DNA of 63,525 nucleotides, counting the filler, from Sphaeroforma arctica JP610 (lineage: Eukaryota), in the NCBI RefSeq assembly GCF_001186125.1. It is 4 parts of 2 records of this genome, joined end to end, with 100 filler letters (N's around TTAATTAATTAA, not from the genome) between each part and the next. Parts side by side here need not be neighbours in the genome. Positions count along the whole stretch, not along the records: positions 49,046 to 63,525 come from NW_014040546.1; 3 more parts are not named here. One strand, written 5' to 3'. Under the pieces are notes generated by a model that was given only the letters and a program-made list of their open reading frames with translations, made no database searches and was not told the origin of the DNA. Within the stretch, counting starts at the first letter, position 1, and each line of letters starts with the position of its first letter. Below are positions 52,201 through 63,525 of the stretch, piece by piece. Position numbers and translations under genes: made by a program.

Positions 52201-55200
52201 ATATCAGACGTTGTTGTGTGTGTGCAAGTTTATGCGTGTATCGACAAACCCCACACCCTTAAAAACCCTAAACCTTAAACCGTATGTATATATCTCATTG
52301 AGTCTGTTCACACGTATATATCATGCCTGTGCATGCTGACTGTCTCTTCATAAAGTGCTGTTCCCGTACCTACACTGAGAATTTAAAAAGTGCCGTGACC
52401 GGTTGTTACACATACGTATGTTTATGCATTTGTGGGCATTCTGCGCATGCATGTATCTGGCTCTTATCGATAAAGAAATTCGATGCTTTTGTCGATACAT
52501 AGTTTTCATGCACATGACTGATCTCTCTATGAAGTGTATGTTGTACTTAGATACATGGATGTTCATGTTTACTCTGAATGCGTTCGTCTACGCTTAAATA
52601 GACGTACACCCATGCGCATAATCGCACGTATGTAAACTGTGCTCCATGCAGTATGGTTAAACGCTTATTCTTGCAATTATCCCTGAACACCCCATGCAAG
52701 TGACTTGTAGTAGGCATATCTCTACGTGTTTCGGCCTTGGCACGTGCGTGCTATGGCACCAACGTGATTAGTACATGACCACGTGTTCATTGAAACTCTC
52801 AAAGTATTAAGTACCGAACATCACACTATGACTCACGCGTTTGGTTGCAGTGGACACGTGGGACGGCAGCAATGGCGAACCAATCATCACCCACGGCAAC
52901 ACGCTGTGCACATCAGTCCCCTTTAGAGACGTTGTGGAGGTAATTGCGTTGTAGTGCATGTGTATGTTGTGGAGGTAATTGCATTGTAGGGCATGTGTAT
53001 GTTGTGGAGGTAATTGCGTTGTAGTGCATGTATGTCAATGTGATCGTATGTGATCAGCTTCACATATATACCTTTATGTACGTTTTGCACATCAGTGCCA
53101 TCTACGCCATTCGTTTTGCACACGTTCGTTGCCCCCTTCGTGCCTGTAGGGTTTAGGGTTCTTCTACTGCTCCCTTTCTCACCCCTTCGTCCTTGTACTT
53201 GTTCTTGTCCTTGTCTTTGCCCTTGTCCTTGGTCGTGTGTTGATGTTCCATCCACTGCGTAGGCTATCATGGATCATGCATGGGATGTGTCTGACTATCC
53301 GCTGGTGCTGTCGCTGGAGAACCACTGCAGCCCACCCTGCCAGCAGATTATGGCGGATGTCTTCAGAGAGGTCATGGGCGATACCATTCATATGGAGGTG
53401 TTGGACCCAACTCCTGGGGCTGTCCTGCCGTCGCCTAGTCAATTCAAGCGCAAGATCCTGCTGAAGGTATGTGGATGGTGTATTGTGTGTGTTGGTGTGA
53501 GGGATGTGATACGTATGCTGGTAGTAAGGCGTGGTGAAATGTCAGATGTAGTGTTATAGTCTTTTGATTAGTGTATGGTGTTGAGCTCTGTTTGTCAGTC
53601 GTTTGGGTTCTGAATGACCCAATGTTTCTGTTTTATTATTCTGTGGGTTTGTCGCCTTGGCGCGGCAATCCCACAAAATCGATTTTTGAGGAAGTGCAAG
53701 ATTATTCGTTGTAGGGTTTTTGGGTTTTATTCCAATGACCTTGTTGCATGGTTCGGGAAATTGAAAGGCCAAAGTGTGAGATAGGAGATGGGAACCAATG
53801 GCCACTAGTTATATAATGAGTGTCTGCATACGCAACGGTGGATATTTGGATACTTTTGCTATGTCGTCGTTCGCTATGTACATTTATATATATATATATA
53901 TGTGTGTGTGTGCGTGTGTGTATGTGTATTTGTATTTGTATGTGTATATATATTAATATCTATATATATATATATAAGATTTGTCTGCAAATATCTCCTG
54001 CATGTGTTTAATACTCTTCTGATCCCCCACACAGGACAAAAAGAACTATGATCCGGTGTATGAGGGAGGTCTGTTGGGTGATACCGTTAGCCCTTTGACC
54101 AACATATTGGGGTCGCTCATGAGCAGAGACTCTATTGAGGGCAGCAACGACACAGACGTCGGTGATCTCAAGAACGGTCATCTGTACATGAAGTTTGGCG
54201 ACCAGGTGTGTTCATGAGACTTGTGCACACCTCTGCCTATGCACGTGCATGCGCTTTTGTACATACATGCCTTATCTCTATTTGCACTCAGGTAGATGCA
54301 TACCCTATCTGTACTTGTACTTATGTACATACATATCTCTATTTGCACATATGTAAATGCATACCCTATCTCTCCGTACACACATGTCCATACATACTAA
54401 TCTCTGCAATACTCCCCGTGTGCCATCTCCCGCTGCCTGCCACAGGACTTTATGCTGTACTACTTTGTGATCCACCCCACGTACATTGAGTATGTAGATG
54501 TGGACACGGGCAACAACGACAACGACGAGGACGATGACAACGACGACATCATGGACGGCAAGGAAGACTTCTGGGGCGAAACGTAAGCTATGTGTGTGTT
54601 TATGCTAGATATATGTATGTGTATCTATTGCCGATCTATATGTATCTATTGATAAACTATGTATTTTTATGCCTGTGTATCTATTGAAGATCTATGTATT
54701 TATACGTATACGTATGTATTTTTGTATTTTTATTGATCTATGTATATGTATGTCTATGCGTTTCTATTGAAGATCTGTCTATGTATATTTTTTGTAGATC
54801 TATGTATATGTGTGTATATGTACATATTCTTAAGTCTTTATTTCTACATGTCTGTGTCTATGCCTATATATCTATTTGTCTATGTGGGTTCATACGCACC
54901 ATATAGGTCAATTGTATAGTGTTTCCTAAACCCAAAATCCTTGTCTCTGCGTATGATTCTCAGCTTGCTATAAATGATGAATGTAGCAAAACATAGTCGT
55001 CTTCACCACATATCACAATCGCAATCGTTGTTTTTTTTTTCCTGGTCAACCCTGGTTTATTCTAACACCACACACACCCCTCTCCCTTTTTCTTGCTCTA
55101 CAGATGGTTTCATCCCAATGAGTGTGGACGAACGGAAGCCCATGCCATACTGCGCAAAGCAAATGTCCACGGCGCATTCTTAGTCAGAACACGCAATACA

Positions 55201-58200
55201 TACCCTTACTACGCTCTCTCATACTGGTAAGTGACTACTACTAGTCAGAACACTGTTAGTCACAACAACCAGTACATACCCTTACTACGCTCTATATATA
55301 TATATATATATGTAATGCATGTATTGATGCATATATCCTGGTTGTTCGCGCACAATTCCGCCGCCTTCACGCTCACTCCTCTCTAATTGTCCACTATGCA
55401 CCCACCAGGGACCAACTCAACCTCGACCAGCACGTGCTGCTGCGCACGTCGCCTGACAATGAAGAGGGTAAGAAGGAGTACTGGTTGGTAGACACCCCTC
55501 GCTTCACCAGCATGCTGGACCTCATTGAGTTCTATCAAAACAACACCCTGCTCACAGCCGATGGCGATGAGATGGTCCTCACCAGACCACTGGGAGCGGT
55601 ATGTAGGGGTGCGTGAGGCGCATGAGCGTGGAGAGTGATGAGTGGCGTTGTGTGTGTTGGGTATAGAGTACGTGCAAAGGAACTGTAGACATAGTACGTG
55701 CTCATGTGCGATAGACTTGGTCTGCTGCTTGCTTCTGGTACACTCTTCGATAGTTAGGCGTATTGCATACGTGGTACGTATATTAAAAACGTACTACGTA
55801 CTTGGTATACGTTTTTGCAGTGTGTTATAGACGTACTACACACTTGCTACTGTGAGTAAGGTAGTGTACTGCTTGCGTATATGTCGCAGATTTGTTTACA
55901 AATGTGCCCTGCCTTTAGCGCTTTCCTCTGTTGTTATCACTTGCTCGCATGCTACTTACGGCCCATTGGTAGGTAACTACTACAGAGATCGCATATGCGC
56001 ATTATACCTACACACGCCCCTATGGAAATACGTACAACCGCATACATAATAATAATACATGCATCTGATTGTTTCCGCTGTGGTGTGTCTATTCCGGCGC
56101 GTACAAGGAAAGCGTACATACAAATAGCTACACACACACTTATATATATATATATGTATACGCACGCACGCACTCATCTTCGAGCATTTCCACGCACACA
56201 GGTGCCTGTACTGACCAACGAGCAAGGGATCTCACTATATGACTGGTACGACCCAACTATGGCCAAAGAACAAGCAGAGTACCATCTCAAACGCACCGTC
56301 AAGGATGGCAGCTTCCTCGTCAGAAAAGCCACAGACGACGCCAACGCATACACCATCTCATTCAGGTATGTAGGTAATTGCCAAATATAGGAACCATCAC
56401 ATTCCGGTAGTTTGTACTTTACTAGGTGATTGTAGACAGTTGAGTGTATGATCTCATTCATGTAAGGTCTGTTATAGTGGCCATCCTATACATGTAATTG
56501 ATTGTACTTGCTCCGTGACTGTGCAGTACAGCTGCACTGAAATTGATGACTGGAGCATATGATCACACACACATATATATATATATATATATCACCTTAC
56601 TAGCCAACGTATCAAAGATAGGAATTCTTCTTTGTGGGCCTGTTCGCCAACAATATTATCTCCCCAGGCCTCGTACTTATACTCCTGCCCTCCTCCATGC
56701 ACCTGTCCTTTTAATTCAGGGCCGGTCGGGGCATCAAGCACTGTCGGTTGCAACGCGAAGGGCGGTTCTTTGTGGTGGCACCTGGTCTAAGGCGATTTGA
56801 TACCATTCCCGATCTCATCGAATACTACCAACGCCATGTGCTCTACCGCAAAACTAAACTCACCAAAGCCGTTAATAAGATGGTAGGTGTACATGGGAAA
56901 CTACACACACAGACATGTATGTGCTGGTTTACTTAGACATATACATGCATGTACTGTACTTGTACATATACATGCAAGTACGGTACATTTACATGTATGT
57001 ACTGTACTTGTACATAAACATGCATGTACTGTACTTATACATATATATGCATGTACTTGTCCATATACATGCATGTACTGTACTTGTACATATACATACA
57101 TGACTGTACTTGTACATATACATGCATGTACTGTACTGTACTTGTACATATACATGCATGTACTGTACTTGTACATATACACATGTACTGTACTTGTACA
57201 TATACATGCATGTGCTGTACTTGTACATAAACATGCATGCACCTGTAGTCCCATGCCCTTGTTATCCCACCCGGATCCACTTTCCGATTTCAAATTCCCT
57301 CATCTCACCCACCTTTATCATTTGCCTTCCTAACTCGCCCTTATTCAACCCTTGTCACTTGTCTTCTCATTTATTGTCTTTTATTTATTCCAATCGTATT
57401 CGCTTGTCTTCTCATTTTATTAATTCTACTCTTATTCACTTGTCTCTTCATTTATTGTCTTCTCATTTATTGTCTTTCTATTTATTCTATTCGTATTCGC
57501 TTGTCTTCTCATTTTATTGATTCTACTCTTATTAACTTGTCTTCTCATTTATTGTCTTAATTTCTTCTGGTCTTATCCACTTGTCTTCTCAGTCTGCGCA
57601 AGCGGCGGGGGCGGAAGTGTCGAAAGAGCTGTACATGCAGACATACTGCGACACCAATTACGTCGACATCAACCAGGACGGCGTATGTTAGCCTGATCAA
57701 AGGCCAATGGAACTGTGTTGTACGCGTGTGCGTTGCAAGTATCAATGTGACTGTGTGGTACAAAGGACAATTGCTCAGCCCTAACATATGTCTGTCTGTG
57801 TGATAAACTGTAGCACTTGTTTAATAAACCCTAACACATATCTGTCTGTGTAATAAACCCTAGCACATATCTATCTGTTTAAATGTTTGTCGTGCGGGTG
57901 ATGTGCGATGCAATTGCCACATACGCATTACTAATTGCAATTGCAATGTTAGTATGTCGAGAGGTTTGCGTATTGGCTCTATTGCCTACTGTACTGCTGA
58001 GTGTATTGACATGCGGGTCAGCCCTATGGCCCACTGCTGGATGTGTTCTCTGCATGCACACGCACCTCGCACTCGCTATCGATTGATTGACGTGGCAGTG
58101 TGTTGTGGTTGTTTTGTGCTTTGTTTCTTGTACTTTGTATATATATATGTGTGTGTGTGTGTGTATATATATATATGTGTGTGTGTGTGTATGTATTTAT

Positions 58201-61200
58201 GTGTATGTATGTATGNNNNNNNNNNNNNNNNNNNNNNNNNNNNNNNNNNNNNNNNNNNNNNNNNNNNNNNNNNNNNNNNNNNNNNNNNNNNNNNNNNNNN
58301 NNNNNNNNNNNNNNNNNNNNNNNNNNNNNNNNNNNNNNNNNNNNNNNNNNNNNNNNNNNNNNNNNNNNNNNNNNNNNNNNNNNNNNNNNNNNNNNNNNNN
58401 NNNNNNNNNNNNNNNNNNNNNNNNNNNNNNNNNNNNNNNNNNNNNNNNNNNNNNNNNNNNNNNNNNNNNNNNNNNNNNNNNNNNNNNNNNNNNNNNNNNN
58501 NNNNNNNNNNNNNNNNNNNNNNNNNNNNNNNNNNNNNNNNNNNNNNNNNNNNNNNNNNNNNNNNNNNNNNNNNNNNNNNNNNNNNNNNNNNNNNNNNNNN
58601 NNNNNNNNNNNNNNNNNNNNNNNNNNNNNNNNNNNNNNNNNNNNNNNNNNNNNNNNNNNNNNNNNNNNNNNNNNNNNNNNNNNNNNNNNNNNNNNNNNNN
58701 NNNNNNNNNNNNNNNNNNNNNNNNNNNNNNNNNNNNNNNNNNNNNNNNNNNNNNNNNNNNNNNNNNNNNNNNNNNNNNNNNNNNNNNNNNNNNNNNNNNN
58801 NNNNNNNNNNNNNNNNNNNNNNNNNNNNNNNNNNNNNNNNNNNNNNNNNNNNNNNNNNNNNNNNNNNNNNNNNNNNNNNNNNNNNNNNNNNNNNNNNNNN
58901 NNNNNNNNNNNNNNNNNNNNNNNNNNNNNNNNNNNNNNNNNNNNNNNNNNNNNNNNNNNNNNNNNNNNNNNNNNNNNNNNNNNNNNNNNNNNNNNNNNNN
59001 NNNNNNNNNNNNNNNNNNNNNNNNNNNNNNNNNNNNNNNNNNNNNNNNNNNNNNNNNNNNNNNNNNNNNNNNNNNNNNNNNNNNNNNNNNNTAAATATAA
59101 TCTGTTTANCTCTAGGCACTCAACGCTTTTCATTTTGCCGTTTTGCATTGTTGTAGACATCTTGGTGTGATCGCAGGTAGTCTTAGCCTTGGCTCGGTTT
59201 CTTTGTTTTTTCTTCCCAGCCATGTGTTTACAAGTCGATACGATTTGAAGTATGTCACTGCAACCGAATGGGCCTAATTTGGGACATTGGAGCCGTGGTT
59301 TTGTCTACACCTCAATCTTACACTTGAACCTCTCAACCTTGACTCTGTTATTTGGCTACGCCCATGCACTAAACCTGCACATAAACCCTTAACCCTGTTT
59401 TTAGGCTACGCCCATGTACGAAGTTGTGCGAGCCAAGTACGACTATGAGTCCGACGACAAAAAGAAAATCTCATTCACCAAGGGCACCATGATCAGGGTA
59501 TGTCCAGTGATCCACGCTTTAACAACCGCACACGCCGCCCTACCACCGCCCACGTGTACCGTTGTTGTTGCCTAACTTTAAATAGTCAGTTAGGATCGGT
59601 GTCCTGGTAGTTGTTTATATATATTTATATATATAACGATTGGGCTGTTCAGTCCCTCTTGAGTTGTCATGTAGGTGATTGCCCATCGCCTGTCCTGTCG
59701 CACGATGTGTTGGCCCTGTCTGTTGCTTTGCCTAGAGTGCGCTGTCCCTTCCGCTTGTGTCTAGGGCTGAATCAGTCCCTTTTGTTACGATGGGTGCACT
59801 TTGCTGATACTCTTGCGGGGGAGTGTACCCTGCCTGCGTGATCCGTTACCATTTGTTGCGTTGTGTCGCTTTGTTTACGTTCATCTGTATGCTAACGGTC
59901 ATCTCACCACGTGTCTAAGAACTGATATACATCTGCTCTGTATAAGCACACCTGATGTTCATTTCAATCCTGTCTATATATCTCTGAAACTCTTAACCCC
60001 CGAAGCCCTAAAACACTAAAACACTAGAATATATCTCTTGCTCTGCGCACTGATCCGTAGCGACCACGTGTGCTGACGGGTACTGTTCTATATTATTTCT
60101 ATATTATATTATTAACTCTACTGTTCTATTTATATTATTTACTCTACTGTTCCATTTATATTAACTCTACTGTTCTATTTATATTATTTACTCTACTGTT
60201 CTATTTATATTATTTACTCTACTGTTTCATTTATATTAATAAGTAAACTGTTCTATATTATATTATTAACTCTACTGTTCCATTTATATTAACTCTACTG
60301 TTCTATTTATATTATTTACTCTACTGTTCCATTTATATTAACTCTACTGTTCTATTTTTATTATTTACTCTACTGTTTCATTTATATTAATATGTAAACT
60401 GTTCTATATTATATTATTAACTCTACTGTTCCATTTATATTAACCCTACTGTTCTATTTATATTATATACTCTACTGTTCTCTACTGTTCTATTTATATT
60501 TTTTTACTCTACTGTTTCATTTATATTGATAACCATACTGTTCTATTTTATACTATAAACTCTACTGTTCTATATTATATTATTAACTCTACTGTTCTAT
60601 TTATATTATTTACTCTACTGTTCCATTATATTAACTCTACTGTTCTATTCATATTATTTACTCTACTGTTATTAATAACTCTACTGTTCTATTTATATCA
60701 TTAACTCTGCCGTGCACTTGCAGGTGGTGTCTAAGGACGATGGTCTGTGGTGGAGAGGCGAGTGTCCTGGTGGCATAGAGGGTCTGTTCCCATCGACTTA
60801 TGTGGAACCTGTGGTGGAAGACAAGGGCGATGTGCTGGTAAGTAGACTTCTACAATGGATGTCTTTTGTTGTGGCACTGTGATGTGTTAAGTAAACTCTC
60901 TGCAATGGATGTCTTATGTTGTGGTACTGTGATGTGTGTGTGTGTGTGATGTGTGTGATGTGTGTGTGTGTGTGATGTGTTACGTAGACCCTCTGCAATG
61001 GATGTCTTATGTTGTGGTACTGTGATGTGTGTGTGTGCTGAGTTTCTTCTAGCGCTTTGTCCCTGTGCATGGTTTATTCGTGCTGATAGATTGGTATATG
61101 TATGGTTTTGCTACTATTTTGAAGTATTGTTTTCTACTCCTGATATAACTATACGATGAATACACGCTTACATGCAACGTGTACAAATACAAGGATTCGT

Positions 61201-61810
61201 AGACATAGCTATACCAATAAAAGAACGCTAACATACACCGCTGTGTGCCTATTATAACTATTGTGATACACACTCGCTTACATGTAATCTGCAAACTATT
61301 ATAATATTATATCCATGATGTTAAATGCACTCTTATATGCACTGTCTGCAGATACAAGGTGACGACGGTGAACCAGTGGCCAGGCGGATAATGCTCAACG
61401 AGAAGATCAAAGTCAGCAAACTCTCACCCACGCACTTCAGCATAGAGACGCCTACCAACGACACATTTGTCATAGCAACCGCACCCACAGACGACGGAGC
61501 AGGTGCACCCCCAGACAGTGAAGCACAGATAGACACGTGGGTGGAAAGCATCAACAAGCACACCAAACCGGCTCAAGCACTGCTGCACGAGGTACGCTAG
61601 CCAGGGAGGATGGGGCGTGTGTGTCGGATTTTACACAAGCAAATATGCGTGTTATATTGCATATGTATGTGTATATATTTGTATATATATATATATTATA
61701 TATACATAATATTTATTATATATATTATATATTTATTATATGTATATATGAATAAATGTATGTATGTATGTATGTATGTGTGTATATGTGTATGTGTACA
61801 CATATATAAG

Positions 61811-61842
<32 letters not shown>

Positions 61843-62495
61843 CGCTAGTGTTTGTGATGTACGTTTGTCTGTGGGGATATGTGTGTGTGTGCTTTCTGTG
61901 CATAATCCTTAGCGTCCACACGTGTGTGCCATATATATATATATATATGAGTGTTTAGCATGTGTGCCCATATGAGTCCCTGCCTGTGCGTTTGCGTTGT
62001 TCTTTTATATAAATGGGAGCCTGCCGTCGTTTCGCTTCCGTTCGTTCCGTGATTACACAGCAAGTGACAATTATTGGCTGTGGTTGTACACTGATGAGTC
62101 ACCCTACAAGTGAGTAGTGGCACTTCAAAGCCTAGAAACCCTACACGCGTCATTGGGTTTGCCTTTTGAGCTCTGCATATGACACAATGACGACGCTACA
62201 GCACACGAAATGGCGGTAAAGCGGTGTATGTATATCAAACACCGCACTATGAACCGACAGGAGAGAAGCGAACCCCTGGACTAGAAACCCTAAAACCGTA
62301 CTGACCTGTGATGATACTCTTGCTATGACTCAGAACAACCACACACTAACACACCCAATGGTCTGTTGCAGACGCCTTCGGCTGTGTCGAATATTTCGAA
62401 TGACGCGCTCTTTTCCCAAAGAAGTCAACTGCGTGTGCCTGACCTCAGTGACCTCATCAGCTACTTCCAGTCTGTGCGTTTCACCTCACACAGCG
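49252..62495 (+). CDS. PLCG: Phospholipase C-gamma (PH, EF-like, X box, split PH, SH2, SH2, SH3, split PH, start of Y box); partial at both ends
   Basis: GT-AG exons 49252-49388, 49743-49942, 50537-50657, 50888-51120, 51286-51429 ([13 protein letters not shown]), 52063-52148 ([12 protein letters not shown]), 52851-52939 ([13 protein letters not shown]), 53263-53466 ([12 protein letters not shown]...LPSP...KILLK), 54035-54205, 54446-54582, 55104-55226 (WFH...GAFLVR), 55409-55598, 56202-56365 (WY...DGSFLVR), 56720-56882, 57593-57682, 59405-59497 (AKYDY), 60724-60837 (WWRG...GLFPSTYV), 61352-61591 and 62372-62495 (LSDLISY). Confidence 0.93.
51545..51695. repeat. 30-bp intronic tandem repeat, 5 copies
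   Basis: tgatgaagtgctttttttctgatgtgtatg. Confidence 0.9.
56935..57240. repeat. Intronic ~27-bp minisatellite
   Basis: Tandem copies of catgcatgtactgtacttgtacatata. Confidence 0.9.
60080..60710. repeat. Intronic AT-rich minisatellite splitting the SH3 exons
   Basis: Tandem copies of actctactgttctatttatattattt. Confidence 0.9.
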
Positions 62496-62539
62496 GTACG
62501 TCTTGTGGCTATGAGTGTGTACGGTTGTCGGGTACTATT

Positions 62540-63525
62540 GGTGTGCACTATATCTATCGAGTGTGCACTAATTTCTATTTGTGTGTATTAATCTCTATTA
62601 GTGTGTACTAATTTTCATTGCGTGCACTAATATCTATGAGTGCGTGTTAATCTCATTAGTGTGTACTAATTTATATTCATTAGTGTGTACTAATTTATAT
62701 ATGTGTGCACTAATTTCTATTAGTGTGTACTATTATCTATGAGTGTGCACTAATTTCTATTAGTGTGTACTATTATCTATGAGTAGTGTGCACTAATTTC
62801 TATTAGTGTGTATTGATTTCTATTAGCGTGTGATATCTATTAGGATGTACTAATATCTATTAGCGTGTACTAATATCTATTAGCGTGTACTATTATCTAT
62901 TTGTGTGTACTAATATCTATTTGTGTGTACTAATATTCATTAGTGTGTACTTATATCTATTAGTGTGTATTGATTTCTATTAGCGTGTACTAATATCTAT
63001 TAGCGTGTACTAATATCTATTAGCGTGTACTAATATCTATTTACTAATATTCATTAGTGTGTACTTATGCCTATTAGTGTGTATTGCTTTCTATTAGCGT
63101 GTACTAATATCCATTAGCGTGTACTAATATCTATTAGCGGGTACTAATATCTATTAGCGTGTAATATATTTATTAGCGTGTACTAATATCTATTAGCGTG
63201 TACTAATATCTATTAGCGTGTACTAATTTCTATTAGCGTGTTCTAATATCTATTTGTGTGTACTAATATTCATTAGTGTGTATTGGTTTCTATTAGCGTT
63301 TACTAATATATATTAGCGTGTACTAATATCTATTAGCGTGTACGAATGTCTATTAGCGTGTACTATTATTTATTAGTGTGTACTTATGTCTATTAACGTG
63401 TACTAATTTCTATTAACGTGTACTAATATCTATTAGCGTGTCCTAATATCTATTTACTAATATTCATTAGTGTGTACTTATGTCTATTAGTGTGTATTGA
63501 TTTCTATTAGCGTGTACTAATATCC
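62540..63525. repeat. Intronic 20-bp minisatellite with an internal inverted repeat
   Basis: Tandem copies of tattagcgtgtactaatatc (tattag...ctaata) continuing to the window end. Confidence 0.92.

Overview
Eukaryotic, intron-rich, microsatellite-laden draft-assembly DNA with many N gaps and three artificial TTAATTAATTAA gap spacers. Gene content (Cbl, PLC-gamma, TGA=Trp mitochondrial fragments) suggests a unicellular holozoan, possibly an ichthyosporean; this is inference only. Left to right: (1) a decayed Ty3/gypsy LTR retrotransposon with RT-RNaseH-[Dam-like N6-adenine methyltransferase]-DDE integrase-chromodomain-like region, PPT and a ~0.9 kb LTR; (2) related retroelement remnants and a hAT-type MITE; (3) an intronless, disrupted TmpA-like membrane oxidoreductase; (4) the 3' part of a Cbl E3 ligase gene; (5) two tandem DUF389-like membrane protein paralogs; (6) a mitochondrial insertion (GNAT-like ORF, cox3 and cob fragments, GC hairpins); (7) a multi-exon phospholipase C-gamma gene running off the right end. 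The most notable items are the DIRS-type methyltransferase inside an integrase-encoding LTR element, a GNAT ORF that appears to use the mitochondrial code, and many intronic tandem arrays built from duplicated splice junctions. All calls come from manual motif recognition and coordinates are approximate.
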